Position numbers and translations under genes: made by a program. Positions 24,797 through 36,641 of a stretch of DNA of 64,000 nucleotides are shown here, piece by piece. The notes beneath the pieces were generated by a model. It saw only the letters and a list, made by a program, of their open reading frames with translations. It had not been told where the DNA came from and ran no database searches. Each line of letters opens with the position of its first letter. Position 1 is the first letter of the stretch. The stretch lies in assembly GCA_965603825.1 (NCBI GenBank), contig CBFDEM010000060.1:1-64000 (forward strand), read 5' to 3'. The DNA comes from Blepharisma stoltei ATCC 30299 (lineage: Eukaryota > Protista > Ciliophora).

Positions 24797-25708
24797 TTAA
24801 GACTCCAAGACTTCATACTCCTCATCAATCCCATTCACATACCCCAAAGGACTCAGTAGTGTTGTTATATAAAATTCATCAAAGCACTCCTTTACAAACT
24901 GCCCATTAAAATAAATTACAAGTTCCTCGAATTTCTTCCTCAAGATTTTTTCTTTTTTCAAAGACAGCATTTTCAATAACGAGGAAAAAATTATTTGTTC
25001 CCCTTCGCACAAAAACATATCCATAATCCTCACGCTGAATTCCAAAGGAGCTTTACATATAAAAAGTGTAATAAAACACCACGAAAAAATGGTCATTTCT
25101 ACTCCTTCTTTTTGAATGTGCTCATAAACGTCTCCTAAGCTTCTCTGTAAATCCCCTGCGAAGGTATCAAGCATTTTTATAAGTTTTGGAGTCCCAGTCT
25201 TGAACACGCTTCTTCAATCCTTATCAACCATGATATTCACAAAGGTCCAAAACGCCAATTCTGGATTTTTTATATTCATAAGTAATAATCCAACAATAAA
25301 AGACATTCCTTGGCAATATCCAATTTCTTCGTCAAATACTGAGTAAGCTCTTAATATATTTAAAACCCCTTTTTGGCCTGGTCCTTCAGTTTCTTTGAAC
25401 ATTTCTATAGTTGGGAAAGTCCTAGCGAGATCTTTTTGAATCATTGTTTCGTTTTCTGAATTTGACTGTTCAGCAAGGATTAAATACTGATCATCATGAA
25501 TTCGGTTGCCTCGGGATATAAAAGTTCAGATTTCTCCACGCAGACTGGCAGGGATCCCGACAAAGAGAGATTGCCGTAATCGGTCAGGATCAGTATAGTG
25601 AAGATCATTTTCTTTTAAAATAATCGATCATTCGTTGGGAGAGAATTCATTAATAGGTGGATCAATAATTAACACATAATCCTCACTAAAGCGTCGAGAT
25701 CTTGACAT
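24797..25708 (-). CDS. TBC-domain Rab GAP
   Basis: One frame through three UGA=Trp. GIPASLRGEIW, IQKDLARTFP, IGYCQGMSF, WCFITLF. Confidence 0.93.
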
Positions 25709-26330
25709 TCTTCGGGGAAAAGTTGTATTTTAATAGAAAAATAATTAGAAAATGGAAAGAAAAATACAAATATTTGAAGGAAAAATTAAATAGATGAAGG
25801 GTGGTGATGATAAAAATTGGAAAATAAGGTAAAAAAATTATTGGTAATAAATAAAGGATATTTTTTGAAAAGGTTCTAAAGTATGGGAATATTGATTAAG
25901 CTTGTAAAAAATCAAAAAAAAAAGCGAATAGTAAGAAAAGATTAAAATTCTATTAAAATTTAATGATAAATTGGTATAATTATAAAATATGGAAGCAGGA
26001 TGATGATTCTTTAGACTTTGATCCATGAAATTTAATCTTCCTTAGATGTCTGAAATAGCTTCCTTTATTCACCTTTCTATTGTTTTCATCAAATTAGCCA
26101 TAAACCCCTCTTTCCCTTGGCTCTTCACTATTCATAGAACATAATCCCAATCTTAAAAATTTCCCATAAATCCTCAATAATCCTAACTATAATTTCTCAC
26201 AAAATACCAAAATATCATAATATCAAAATATAATAATACCTTACTTTTAATAACACTTAGCCAATTCTCTTATCACAAAATTCCATAAGAAATGTTTTAA
26301 ATCTTAAAACTCAATTACTAGAAAATATAA

Positions 26331-26828
26331 TTAACGCCTTAAGCCTATTTTATTGAATCCCGCATCACAGCTTTTTGTAAACTCATTATAAGCCTTAGGC
26401 TTCAGCATTTCCTTTCCTGTATTAGCTGCAATACTCTGAGGTCTTGGGACTGGTGGAGGAGGGATAAAATGGCTTTCGATGGTCTTGTGGGCTTGAATTT
26501 TATTGGCAGTTGTAAGTTCATAAGTGGTTCGGAAATCTCGCTGTTCAAAATCCTGCTGATCTGGGCCGTGGCCAAAAAAGATGTGACGGTCAACGCCTCG
26601 TTGGGAAACTTGGTTAGGAATAAACACATCGTCGCCTATTAAAGGGCTTGGTTCTGAGTAATGAGCTGTGCTTCGTTTTGAATGAACTGCTTGGGTTGTT
26701 GTAAGTAATGGAATGTGGGCTTTTGGCTTTTGAGATAACTCAGTTGCGTATCTTTCTTCGACCCAGTTCCCAATGAGAACTCCAAATCTATAAGGGTTTT
26801 CAACGTTTCGGTCTTGGACTTGGCTCAT
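26331..26828 (-). CDS. Probable ciliary microtubule inner protein (CFAP107/CFAP95-like GNWxEER motif)
   Basis: YRFGVLIGNWVEER, plus TT..A.H and FRTTY repeats typical of axonemal MIPs. Confidence 0.6.
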   Translation of the reverse strand: MSQVQDRNVENPYRFGVLIGNWVEERYATELSQKPKAHIPLLTTTQAVHSKRSTAHYSEPSPLIGDDVFIPNQVSQRGVDRHIFFGHGPDQQDFEQRDFRTTYELTTANKIQAHKTIESHFIPPPPVPRPQSIAANTGKEMLKPKAYNEFTKSCDAGFNKIGLRR

Positions 26829-26866
26829 TATTGCTAATAGAAAAATATTTATAAGTAACTTACATA

Positions 26867-28678
26867 TTAACATATCAATAAACTTTTTAAAATCGGCTTT
26901 TTTAATTGTGTGCTTCTCAGCCTCGTATATAAATTTCCTTCTACGTTTATTCTATGAGGCTCAAGCTTGCGAACTTTCATAATACTGCTAGTTTCAAGCA
27001 TAGAAGGGTATATAGGAACCCAAGCTTTTTTTTCTATTTTTTTCTGTGTAATCATGGTTTCTGAAAACGAATGATTTATTTTTGAAGGATTTGAGCTTCT
27101 CGTAAAGGCTCTTTCGTATAGTTTTGATCTGATACCAAATATTTTCAAATTTTTGGGACAGTCAAAATGAATGGATTTATTCGAAAAACATCGAGAAAAG
27201 TTGGAATTTGCGTGGGTAAATGAAAATTTTCGGGACCCTTGTCGGCTGAGAGGGCTATCTTGAGTGTTGAAATAGATTTGGGAAAAAATTGGATTACTGT
27301 CAAATGAGACATTAAATTGCTTGGAAAGAATAACTTTTCTTGGATTCCCATTATCTTTATTCGAAATTATTTTCTGCTTAAAATACCTTGCTGCTGGCTT
27401 CTTTTTTAGAGTATTCTCATTTTCATTACTATGAGAAGAATCTTCACTTTGGTTTTCCTGATCAGTTTCATATTTAACACTCTCAATCCTTGTTATCTCC
27501 TTTATTTTGGGTATTTTTTGATTTTTTTCTGAGTCCAAGGTTTCCCAGCCAGCCATTTTTGGAGATTTCAAAAAAACTGTAGGTGTTCTTGGCTCTGTTG
27601 TATTTAAAAAGCTCCCTCTAGACGATACTTCTGGAGAATTTATAAAATTTATCCCTGTGTATGAGCTCCTCCTAGAAATATCAGCAGGATTCAAATTATT
27701 TGTAAATGAGCTCCTCCTAGAGATATCAGCAGGATTCAAATTATTTGTAAACGAGCTCCTCCTAGAAATATCAGCAGGATTTAAATGAATTGGTGGCGAA
27801 CTTGGAGAAATCGGCGAAACTGGGATTTGTAATAAATTTCCTGAAGAAACCATCATTGATCTCCTCCTGGGCGCGTCATTATATTCATCTTTATTAGCCT
27901 CTCTTCTAGCAGATGACACCGGTAAATATTTTTTTGCACTGCCCATAAAATTGGATTTATTTTTTTTAGTTGGGGTCGGCTCATCTCTGACTTCTTCAAT
28001 TATAGTGATTTCAGGGTTAATATCTTTTTTAGGCAAAGCAGCAGAGCACAGCCTTGAAAGGATTGGCATGACAGTGCTTGATCTCCTTTTAAATCTTGGC
28101 TTTACGTTTTCTTCGTCTTCTTCATTAGAAGAGTCGCTGCTAGAGGAAGATGGGGATTCTGAAGGATTGGCAGAAAAAGTCAAGGTTTTTTGGCTTTCGT
28201 ACATTTTTTGGGAGCTTGTTAAGCTTTCTAGAAGCCTTTGTTTAAAAAGATTAGCAACGACTGTATTGTCAACTATTGTAGATGATCTTAACAGTTTGCC
28301 TGAAACTTCTGTTCTTCTACCACTGCCAGCTGAAAACAAGGACTCTTCGTCCTGGATATTTTGATTATTTTTTACAGTTTCCCAGAATTTTCTTATTGTG
28401 TGTTCCCCATCGATGTGGATTTCTGTTTTTTCCTTTTCTCTGTCATTTTCTGAAGTTTCCAACTTTTTCTGCGGCTTTTTCAGTTTTTTATAAATATCAC
28501 TAAGCTGGATATCCCTCAATATTTTTACAGGTTTTATCTTATCAATTGCATATAAAGGATAATATTGCTGCTGCAGCTGTGGTATCACAATCGGCGATGT
28601 ATCTTCTGTAATAGACGAGTCCGTCCCTTTCGTATCCTGACTAAAGCTAATCTTCTTAGTCCCAGACCTAACAAACAT
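26867..28678 (-). CDS. Ser-rich, likely disordered hypothetical protein (603 aa)
   Basis: Long uninterrupted ORF with many RRSS motifs and an internal 15-aa tandem repeat. Confidence 0.8.
   Translation of the reverse strand: MFVRSGTKKISFSQDTKGTDSSITEDTSPIVIPQLQQQYYPLYAIDKIKPVKILRDIQLSDIYKKLKKPQKKLETSENDREKEKTEIHIDGEHTIRKFWETVKNNQNIQDEESLFSAGSGRRTEVSGKLLRSSTIVDNTVVANLFKQRLLESLTSSQKMYESQKTLTFSANPSESPSSSSSDSSNEEDEENVKPRFKRRSSTVMPILSRLCSAALPKKDINPEITIIEEVRDEPTPTKKNKSNFMGSAKKYLPVSSARREANKDEYNDAPRRRSMMVSSGNLLQIPVSPISPSSPPIHLNPADISRRSSFTNNLNPADISRRSSFTNNLNPADISRRSSYTGINFINSPEVSSRGSFLNTTEPRTPTVFLKSPKMAGWETLDSEKNQKIPKIKEITRIESVKYETDQENQSEDSSHSNENENTLKKKPAARYFKQKIISNKDNGNPRKVILSKQFNVSFDSNPIFSQIYFNTQDSPLSRQGSRKFSFTHANSNFSRCFSNKSIHFDCPKNLKIFGIRSKLYERAFTRSSNPSKINHSFSETMITQKKIEKKAWVPIYPSMLETSSIMKVRKLEPHRINVEGNLYTRLRSTQLKKPILKSLLIC
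27663..27785 (-). repeat. 45-bp coding tandem repeat (~2.7 copies; NLNPADISRRSSFTN)
   Basis: GAGCTCCTCCTAGA recurs at 27663, 27708 and 27753. Confidence 0.9.
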
Positions 28679-28723
28679 CAGATAAATGGTTTTTACATCA
28701 TTGTTTCAAATTAATTAGAAATA

Positions 28724-29173
28724 ATGCTCAGCATAATAAACTCCATCCCTGTACGATTTTTTAGGATGAGATTGCGGGATCCCCGTATCAGGAGTTTCTT
28801 AAACCCTCCAATTTCTCCATGCCCTGGTCTAGCCCTCAAAGCCCCTGAAGACTGGACCGTCGAAAAATACTTTACCAAAATCGGCGGAGATTTATCAGAA
28901 TATGTTGACAAATTCTCCACAGTTCAAGAAGTCCTAGACGCCCACAGGTTCGAATTAAAAGGAAAAGGCATCCCAGCAAGGAAAAGGAAATACATTATGA
29001 TGGTCAATGAATATTTCCGAAGAGGATTTTTGAGCTTTGAGCATATAGAAAAAAGAACAGCCACACCCAAAAAGCCATGGTCTAAGAAAAAATCAGCAAA
29101 AGCTCCAGCTAAGAAGGCAAAACCTGATGATAAAGCAGGGGATAAGGGAAAGAAAGAGGCAGCTAAGAAATAA
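28724..29173 (+). CDS. Mitochondrial ribosomal protein mS41/Fyv4-like (IGR motif)
   Basis: WTVEKYFTKIGG..SEYVDKF...ELKGKGIPARKRKYI...EYFRRG, with a basic N-terminal presequence. Confidence 0.8.
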   Translation: MLSIINSIPVRFFRMRLRDPRIRSFLNPPISPCPGLALKAPEDWTVEKYFTKIGGDLSEYVDKFSTVQEVLDAHRFELKGKGIPARKRKYIMMVNEYFRRGFLSFEHIEKRTATPKKPWSKKKSAKAPAKKAKPDDKAGDKGKKEAAKK

Positions 29174-29198
29174 GAAAATCTTAATAGTAAGCTTATAG

Positions 29199-29696
29199 TT
29201 ATCGAGTATAATATCCTCCTAATGCATTGCGAGCGAACCCAGGGTTTGTTTCACGAATATGAAAATCGTTCATGACAGCGCGGCCTGCACCTCCTTTGTG
29301 GCACAAAATTTTGGGCTGGGCTGAGGATGCACGTAAGGGTGCTTCAACTGCTTTGATAAACAGCTCTTTTTTCTTCTCAGGGCTGATAGAGAAGCTCTCA
29401 TCAAATAGGTCTCTTACAAGTCTTACTTTAGGGGAAATGTCAAATTTATAGCCTGGCTTATGGTGTTTTCTGCTAGACTTAATAGGGGTTCCACATCTGT
29501 TAGGGTAGTTTTGATATAGGTTAACATTGTAATTTGCACTGTTATATCTAGTCACGTCATCAAGCTTGTCTATTTTATTATACTTGGGATTTATTGATCT
29601 GGAGACTTGGTGAAGTGGTTTTGATGACTTGCTTGATAAGTAGAATTCTAGTTTTTTATAAGCATCAGATGAAAGGAAATTATTTAGTTTTGCCAT
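29199..29696 (-). CDS. Hypothetical basic protein; C-terminal TNPGFARNxxGGYY resembles the end of CFAP276-type ciliary proteins
   Basis: Open frame from ATG 29696. The motif similarity is from memory only. Confidence 0.6.
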   Translation of the reverse strand: MAKLNNFLSSDAYKKLEFYLSSKSSKPLHQVSRSINPKYNKIDKLDDVTRYNSANYNVNLYQNYPNRCGTPIKSSRKHHKPGYKFDISPKVRLVRDLFDESFSISPEKKKELFIKAVEAPLRASSAQPKILCHKGGAGRAVMNDFHIRETNPGFARNALGGYYTR

Positions 29697-29710
29697 TTTA
29701 ATATACAAAC

Positions 29711-31282
29711 TTAAATAAAGCTATGACTGGTAGTTGACAAAGTCCTTGTGATGCTGCTAGAGAGTCTTGATTTTGTAGACATAATATCTCGTGAAATAGA
29801 AAGTCTAACCTTAGGTGTATAGCTTCAGCCTTGGGAAGCAACTTTTCGCTTAGAAGCCCTAGGTGGACTATAAGAGGTTTCTATTCTGGTTTCCCTCAGT
29901 TTTACCCTTAAAGTTGACCTGCGGCGCGTTATACGGTCTTCACGGCTATATTTCTGTATTAGCTGGGTCATTTTTTTAGGATCTAAAAGTTCATCGAGCC
30001 TATATGGAGTTAACGGCCTAAGCTTTGCAAAAGCATTATTAGTCAACATATCTGGCTTTGTTGGCTCATAAAGCTTGCTTATTCCGCTGGCTTCTTTAAT
30101 ATAATCAAACTGTTTTGCCATTTGTGTGGATAATTTTTCAGTCCTTTTATTTTTCTGGCCTTTTGCAACAGCCTCAAGATCTTCAATCAGCCTATTTCTT
30201 GTATTATCAGTAAATGCATCAATTTGTATAGGCTCAGTTTTTTCTTCATTAATAGCAGTCATTTCTCTTACAAAGATATTATTTGCATAAATAATTCAAA
30301 TTTTACCATCATCATCTTTTAAAAATTCAACCTGCATTTTGCATATTAAAATATGAAAATTTGTGGCAATAAAATATACAATTCTTTCACATATAAGTTG
30401 GCAATATTTATCTATACATTGATTAATCATTCTTTCTTCATCTTCCTCATTATCTACTATAGAATATTTTATTTCTTCAATTATCTGGCTGTCTTCTTTA
30501 TTTTTTACCAAAAAATTATACAAAAATGATTCCCCGATTCCTTTGCCGCATTTAAGAACTGTTTGTATATAAGAAATCGTTTTCCAAAAATTGCTACCTG
30601 ACCTCTCTCACATAAGATTCATAAAGTCAATTTCCAGCATAACTCTTATAGGTCCTTCTTCATCTTTTGGAGAAATTTCTGACTGATCGTTGTCTTTATC
30701 TTTGGCCATATGTCTGACAACTGCTATTTCTTTTCCATATTCCTGTGTACTTATTAGGCTTTGGGAATCCCTCGGCCTTGTTGGGGATTCATCTTTTCTC
30801 CGATTTCTAACAATATTTGTGAAACTTTTCATAATTTCGTGATTTTTTAATTTTTCACCAGTTTTTGTGTATTTTATGCTGCTGTCTTTTGAGGACTGGA
30901 TTAGAAAGGCTGCTTTTCCTTTGCGAAAAATGACAGTGTCAGGGATGTTTATTTTGCATAAGTTATCAATGGAAAGCTCACCGATTTTTTCTAACAGCCA
31001 AGAGAAGGATTTTAAGTCTCCAACTGGAGTATCTGGAGGATTTTCAATGGATAAAGGAGTATGGTATTTGCCTTTGATTTGGATTTCACATATATGGCAG
31101 GTACAGGTAAATTTCGCTGTAGAACGCTCTACGTGAAATTTCGCTCTATTTAGAGTAGGATAGCTTGAGGTAGTGTCTTGGTGTTTTAATAAGTCAAAAC
31201 AATGCTGTGTAAGGTCAAATACGACCTCTGTTGTTTGTTTCGCTATTTGTTTGGTGATCTTAAAACTGAGATCAAGTTCCAT
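29711..31282 (-). CDS. Hypothetical protein (~523 aa), possibly a degenerate ATP-grasp-like fold
   Basis: Three supplied ORFs share one frame and are joined by UGA at 30608, 30296 and 29825. TAA at 29711. Contains IPDTVIF and MQVEFLKDDDGKIWIIYA. Confidence 0.8.
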
Positions 31283-31522
31283 TATTTATTAAAATTTTCA
31301 TGAAGAAAGCAGGAGTAATTTTTACAACAACTTTATTATAGAAAAATAAATAAATCTCATAGTAAAATATAATAAAAAAATAAAAAATAAACTAATTATC
31401 ACTAATTTACTATAAAATAATTAAAAATAAATATTTTTCTTTAATATTGATAGATAAATTGGTATTGTTATTAACTTCTTTGGAATTTAAAAGATATAAA
31501 ACTTTATTAAGAATGCTTATAA

Positions 31523-32563
31523 ATGAAAACTGTTAAATCAAGAGCATATAAAGACCGTTTAAAAGGTCACAAAGAAACGATTCTTTCATTATTTTCTCCA
31601 GATGGGCCGCTTGGGAATATTCTTGTAAGCGCGTCTGCTGATGGCATCATAAGAGGCTGGGATTTAATAGGCCGCTCTGTGAGATTTAAAATCCAGATCG
31701 AAAAACCTGAAAGCAAACAAGATATCACTTCCTACCATTTCTCAGGGTCTAATCTCTATGTAGGATTCAGCGAAGGCGAAATAAGAATATTCGAAATGCT
31801 TAATGCAAAGCTCTTAAGTGTTATGCGAGGCCATGAAAAAGCCATCACCTCCTTACAGATCTACGATAACAAACTGATTTCCGCAAGTCTAGATTCCACC
31901 GTCAGAGTTTGGAACCCTAAAACCGCAGAATGCGACTTGATTTATCAGTTCTCTGACCCTATTTCTGACATAAAGATTCTAAAAAATACATTAATTTTGG
32001 CTTCCTGAGACAAAATGTTAAGGGTCCTCGATTTACAAGAAAATACCTTAAAAGAGACTATCCAAGCCTTAGACCAGCCTATAAAATGCATTGATATTTA
32101 TGAAGGAATCATATATGTAGGTGGGTGCGATTCTGTGATAAAAGCTTGGGATCTCGAAAATAACAGCTGTAAAGAGTATAAGGGTCATTCAAGCTGAATT
32201 TTAGGTATGAAAAATCACGGAGATCACATGTACTCATGCTCTGATGATAGGAAAATCAGAGTATGGGACAGAAATACGCAAAAATGTGTTGAGGAATTCG
32301 AAGGGCACGAAGATGGGGTCACCTGTTTGGAGTTTGCTAATGGGACTTTATATTCAGGAAGCTTTGACCACTCTATAAGATCGTGGGATTTAGCTGAAAT
32401 GTATAAAAGAATACAGGAAAGGCAATATATGACCAGAGAAGACATTCTAACCAGAAAAATAGAAACCTATTTTAGACTTTTAAGTGCCAAGAAAAAAGGC
32501 AAAAAAGGCAAAAAAGGGAAAGGAAAAGGAAAAGGAAAAGGGAAGAAAGGGAAAAAGAAATAA
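31523..32563 (+). CDS. WD40-repeat protein with a Lys/Gly-rich tail
   Basis: About 7 GH...WD repeats. UGAs at 32006 (ASWD) and 32195 (HSSWI) fall at Trp positions. Confidence 0.93.
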
Positions 32564-32867
32564 ATAATAAAATATCTGTTAAGTTAAGGACTTAATAATG
32601 ATTATTATAAATAATAGTTATTTTATTACAAATAAATTAAAAAAATTCGCTTTTCATGCGGAAAATAATATTCTGCTGGGATTTTATAATAAATTTTTTA
32701 AATTTATTTCGCATAAGGCAAGACTATCCCGACATTATTTATATCATGCAAAAAATGAAAAAACGAAAATTTTCCTAGCCAATTGCAACCATTTATCAAT
32801 AAACAATATCTAAAAATTGCATATCCCTTGGAATTTGCAAGTGCTTAATTAATAAATACATTGCACG

Positions 32868-33353
32868 CTAAGACAAATCCAAAGATTTGTTTTTGTGGGT
32901 TAAAATTTCTTTGTTCGGTCTGTTTTTCGCTCGACTTTCCCTGATCCCTGCCAGCATGTCTAAGCATGATTCTTTTCGGATAAGAGGCAAAGAAGCGTCA
33001 CTTTTGCGTCCAAAAGACTTTTTGATCAATTCATTTGTCTTTTCGTAACCATTCTGAGCATAGATAAAGGGTAAATAATCTAATGCTTTAGCGGGAGTCA
33101 TAAACGGAAGGATTTGAGTCCTGGGCTGTCCATCTTCAAATCCTTGAATAAGTGAAATATCAAAACTCTGAATTCTCGGCCTCGTTGTGGCACTTGTAGA
33201 AGGACTAAGAATTCCTGACGACCTTCTGGATGAAGGAATAATTGATTTCGCAGAGCTTACTTCTAAATCTAGCTTATTTTTCATCCCCAGGTATGAAGGC
33301 ATGCTCAATGTAAATGATCTGAGCTGAGACGCTGGACTATTTTTTAAATTCAT
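32868..33353 (-). CDS. Hypothetical protein (161 aa)
   Basis: ATG-to-TAG ORF with coding-like composition between AT-rich spacers. Confidence 0.65.
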   Translation of the reverse strand: MNLKNSPASQLRSFTLSMPSYLGMKNKLDLEVSSAKSIIPSSRRSSGILSPSTSATTRPRIQSFDISLIQGFEDGQPRTQILPFMTPAKALDYLPFIYAQNGYEKTNELIKKSFGRKSDASLPLIRKESCLDMLAGIRESRAKNRPNKEILTHKNKSLDLS

Positions 33354-33418
33354 TGCTTTTATTTAAATTCAACTCTTTACTTACTATTTGGTACTTTTTT
33401 ATTATAACGCTTTTATTT

Positions 33419-34717
33419 TTATTCCTCATCCTCATAGTCTTCCTCATCCCCAAAATCCGCCCCATCCATCTCTGAATATTGCGAAATAAGGTCTAATAAA
33501 TCTGACTCAGCCTCCACAAATTCCATTTCATCCATCCCTTCTTGTGTATATCAATGCAAATATGCCTTTTTCCTGAACATCTCGGTAAAGGCATCTACTA
33601 TGTTGTTCAAAATCTTAGAAATATAGGTAGAATTAGTCAGCATTGAAGCACTCATTTTTCAGTCTAATGATGGGGTGTTGCAAATGGCTGTAAAAAAGTT
33701 GTCAGAAATTCAGTCAAAATAGTAGTCGTTTTGGTATTTTATGTTGTTAAGCTCTTCAATGGTTTTCTGAGGAGAAAAATCGCCTCGTAGGATGAGGGCG
33801 GCTGCATAAGTCATTCCTCAATGTAAGTCATGGGAAATTAGCCAGTTTTCGGGATTAAATAATTTTTGGATAATTTCAAATTGGGTAGGTTGGTAATTTT
33901 GAAATTTTTCCAATGGGGACAGAGAAGGTGATAAGAAATTTAACCTTGGGAACGGGATTAAATTGGTAGCGATTTTTCTCAAGCCACCTGAAATTTGGCT
34001 TGGAAATCTCATTGTGCTTGACAGATTAACCATTGAGGCTGATATAATTCTATTTAAATCTGCATAGGTTGGCTTCATGTTATTGAAATTTCTTGTACAA
34101 ATATCATGCAATGCTTCGTTATCGTATAATAAATTGAGCCTGGGATATTCACAAATTTTATGTAAAGCTAAAACAGCATTGTAAGGCTCTATAACAATAT
34201 CAGAAACCTTAGGGGAAGGCAAAACAATTGAGCTTTGGAACAAACACCCAAAATGCTCTTCTTTTAGCACCCTTAAGGCATTTGCACCAATCCCAGAGCC
34301 ACTACCACCTCCTACAGAGAATGCAAGCTGAGCTCCTATAAAAATGTCAGATTTTTCTGCTTCATGTCTTACAATATCAAGAAACGGGTCAATTAATTCT
34401 GATCCGTCAATGTAATATCCTATAGCAAAATTATTCATTCCTCCAGCCTTTCCTGATAAAAAACTACCAGGTGAAAATAAAGACCCTAATGAAGAAGCCT
34501 TAACAGAGTCTTCTGAGCGAGGATCAAGATCGATAAAAATTGTGCGTGGGACATATCGATCTACACCTTCGTTAAAATAGCTGCATATATGTGATAATTG
34601 ATCTTTGGAATTCCCTATATATTGCCCATTTTCATCAATCCCATGCTCTTTTGCTAAAATTTCCCAGAATTTCAGCCCATTTCGGCTGCCACATTGACCT
34701 ACTTGTATAGAAAGCAT
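33419..34717 (-). CDS. Divergent beta-tubulin-like protein
   Basis: [63 protein letters not shown], and [20 protein letters not shown] (W = UGA 33551), with an acidic tail. Confidence 0.93.
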
Positions 34718-34737
34718 AAATATTAATTTTATTAAGA

Positions 34738-34986
34738 TTATCCCCATGGGTCATCGTTTCCTACGTTTAATTGAGGTATTTTTGGAGCATCAGGGCAACT
34801 TTGTAGATGTTTTTCAAACTCATAATATCTAATGTGGTGGATTGTGTTGTAGGGGCAGACTTTGAAGAGATGCTTCATTCTTTGGCTGTCTGGGCAACGT
34901 TGATAATGCCATAAAAGTGTGGACTCAGGCATTGTATGCTCTTCATTGTAAACGCATGTAGCATAACCTTCTTTCTTTGACTGCAT
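34738..34986 (-). CDS. Gtsf1/Asterix-like tandem CHHC zinc-finger protein (82 aa)
   Basis: Two fingers: CVYNEEH-x9-HYQRC and CPYNTIH-x9-HLQSC. Confidence 0.85.
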   Translation of the reverse strand: MQSKKEGYATCVYNEEHTMPESTLLWHYQRCPDSQRMKHLFKVCPYNTIHHIRYYEFEKHLQSCPDAPKIPQLNVGNDDPWG

Positions 34987-35368
34987 AAATTTCTATTAAT
35001 TTATAAAATAAGTTTGATTAGAATTAAATTAATAATTAATTTCAAAAAATAACTGAGGAAGTTATGAAAATTTTGTGTAAATTATAAGAAGAATTAGCCA
35101 AATTAGTCATTTCTGTATTATTTTTTAATTCGGTTGAGCTGGAGATCCAATAATTTAATATAAAAATATGTTCGCAGAATAAATTTAATTATCCAAAATA
35201 TGCTTTGATTTAATAAAACCCATTATAAATCAAAAAGCAATAAATTATTAAGAAATAAATTATTTTTTAAAAATCTTAAACACTTAAAAATCCTTAATCA
35301 TAGATTCCATTTTTCTCTACAGCTACCTAGAGAGCAATCAGCTTTTGGTTCAGTTAATTGCAAATTAA

Positions 35369-36427
35369 ATGGTGAAGCTTTATCTCTTTACGCTCTCCCT
35401 CTTTTTCTGTTCCATTTCTGGTTTAAGCTGCCTAGACAACACTGGAACTGCTGTTCCTTGGTTTACCTTTATCAAGCCACCAAAAACCGCTTATGTGCCT
35501 CCAATGTACGGAAAGTCCTATTCTTTTCTGTCCCCAAATCATATGACAGCTGAAATAAACTCGCTTCCTCTCAACAGCTCTTCCCCAATAACTTATACCC
35601 TAAACCAATTCAACACTGACAGCTCAATTTCCGTTGTATTTTTTAAGTAATTGATATTTAGTGACGAAGTCCCTCCAAATAACACGAATCCTAATCAATA
35701 CTCTGGGCATACTAAAGGAGTCCTGGCTTATACGTCAACTCAAGCTATTTATATTATTCACTCCTTTCCCAATTTCCCTTTTTATAACTCAACAACTGGG
35801 AAAGTTTTATTAGATATATTTGACTCTGAGGTAGAATACGGCCAAAATTTAATGTGTGTCCAAATAACACCTCAGACGCTATTTTATTTGGCAGGAATTA
35901 TGACTATAAATTCACCTAGGGTTTACTATAGCAAAATTGTGACCCCTAATACCAACATTACCCTGATGATCCAGAATAAAACAAACCTCCAAATAACAAG
36001 TGCTACGTATAGTTTTACAGTTGGGACTAATACTTTTACATATATAGCCAGATCAGCTGCTCTCCAAAAGGATTTCTGGGAAGACGTTGTGTCAAAATAT
36101 TATAATGATGGATTTTATGTACAGTCTTGGGGAAGACCTTATATGCCAGGATATTGCCCACCTGATGAGACGTATACAAACCTTAATATTGATAATCTTG
36201 GTATTGGAAAATATTATTGGTATGGGTATAATGACCATTCTAAATGGGGAATTGGCATAACAACCACTGTGCTGTGCTATGCTGATTTAAATAGAATGTA
36301 TAGCCAAGCCAATAGAGGCGGTGGAGGGCTCTGTACGAATTATCCATCTCTTTATGCACTCCATAAAGCATTTGATGAAGGAAATGATGCTTGTGGAAGT
36401 ACTCTTCAGAAAAAATTTAAAATTTAA
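35369..36427 (+). CDS. Deoxyribonuclease II (secreted/lysosomal, PLD superfamily)
   Basis: Signal peptide, SC...G..V.WF..K.P, FNDE, GHTKG, IHSFPNFP, YGQNLMC, DHSKW, DLNRMYSQANRGGG. One 15-nt intron. Confidence 0.93.
35647..35661 (+). other. 15-nt intron GTAATTGATATTTAG
   Basis: Removal gives the conserved FFN|DE and removes an in-frame TAA. Confidence 0.92.
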
Positions 36428-36641
36428 TCGATAATTAAAGATTATTTATTAATTTAATTTTTTATTAATGTACTCTAAATTAATTAATATTTTATATATA
36501 TTTTTAAATTAAAACGATCACTAATTATTTCTGTTCTTGCAACAAAAAACCTAACCTATTAAATTCCTCTTTTTTATCATTTTATAATTATCCGTTGTAT
36601 AGTATTTCCACAAAAACTCCTATTATTTTTATCAAGTTAAT

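Noticed and set aside
3691-36427. A 'genome-rearrangement gene cluster' (piggyBac fragment, Ezl, Gtsf1-like, DNase II)
   Set aside because: The genes are spread over more than 30 kb among unrelated housekeeping genes, the piggyBac is a fragment and DNase II has a signal peptide. Nothing supports functional clustering.
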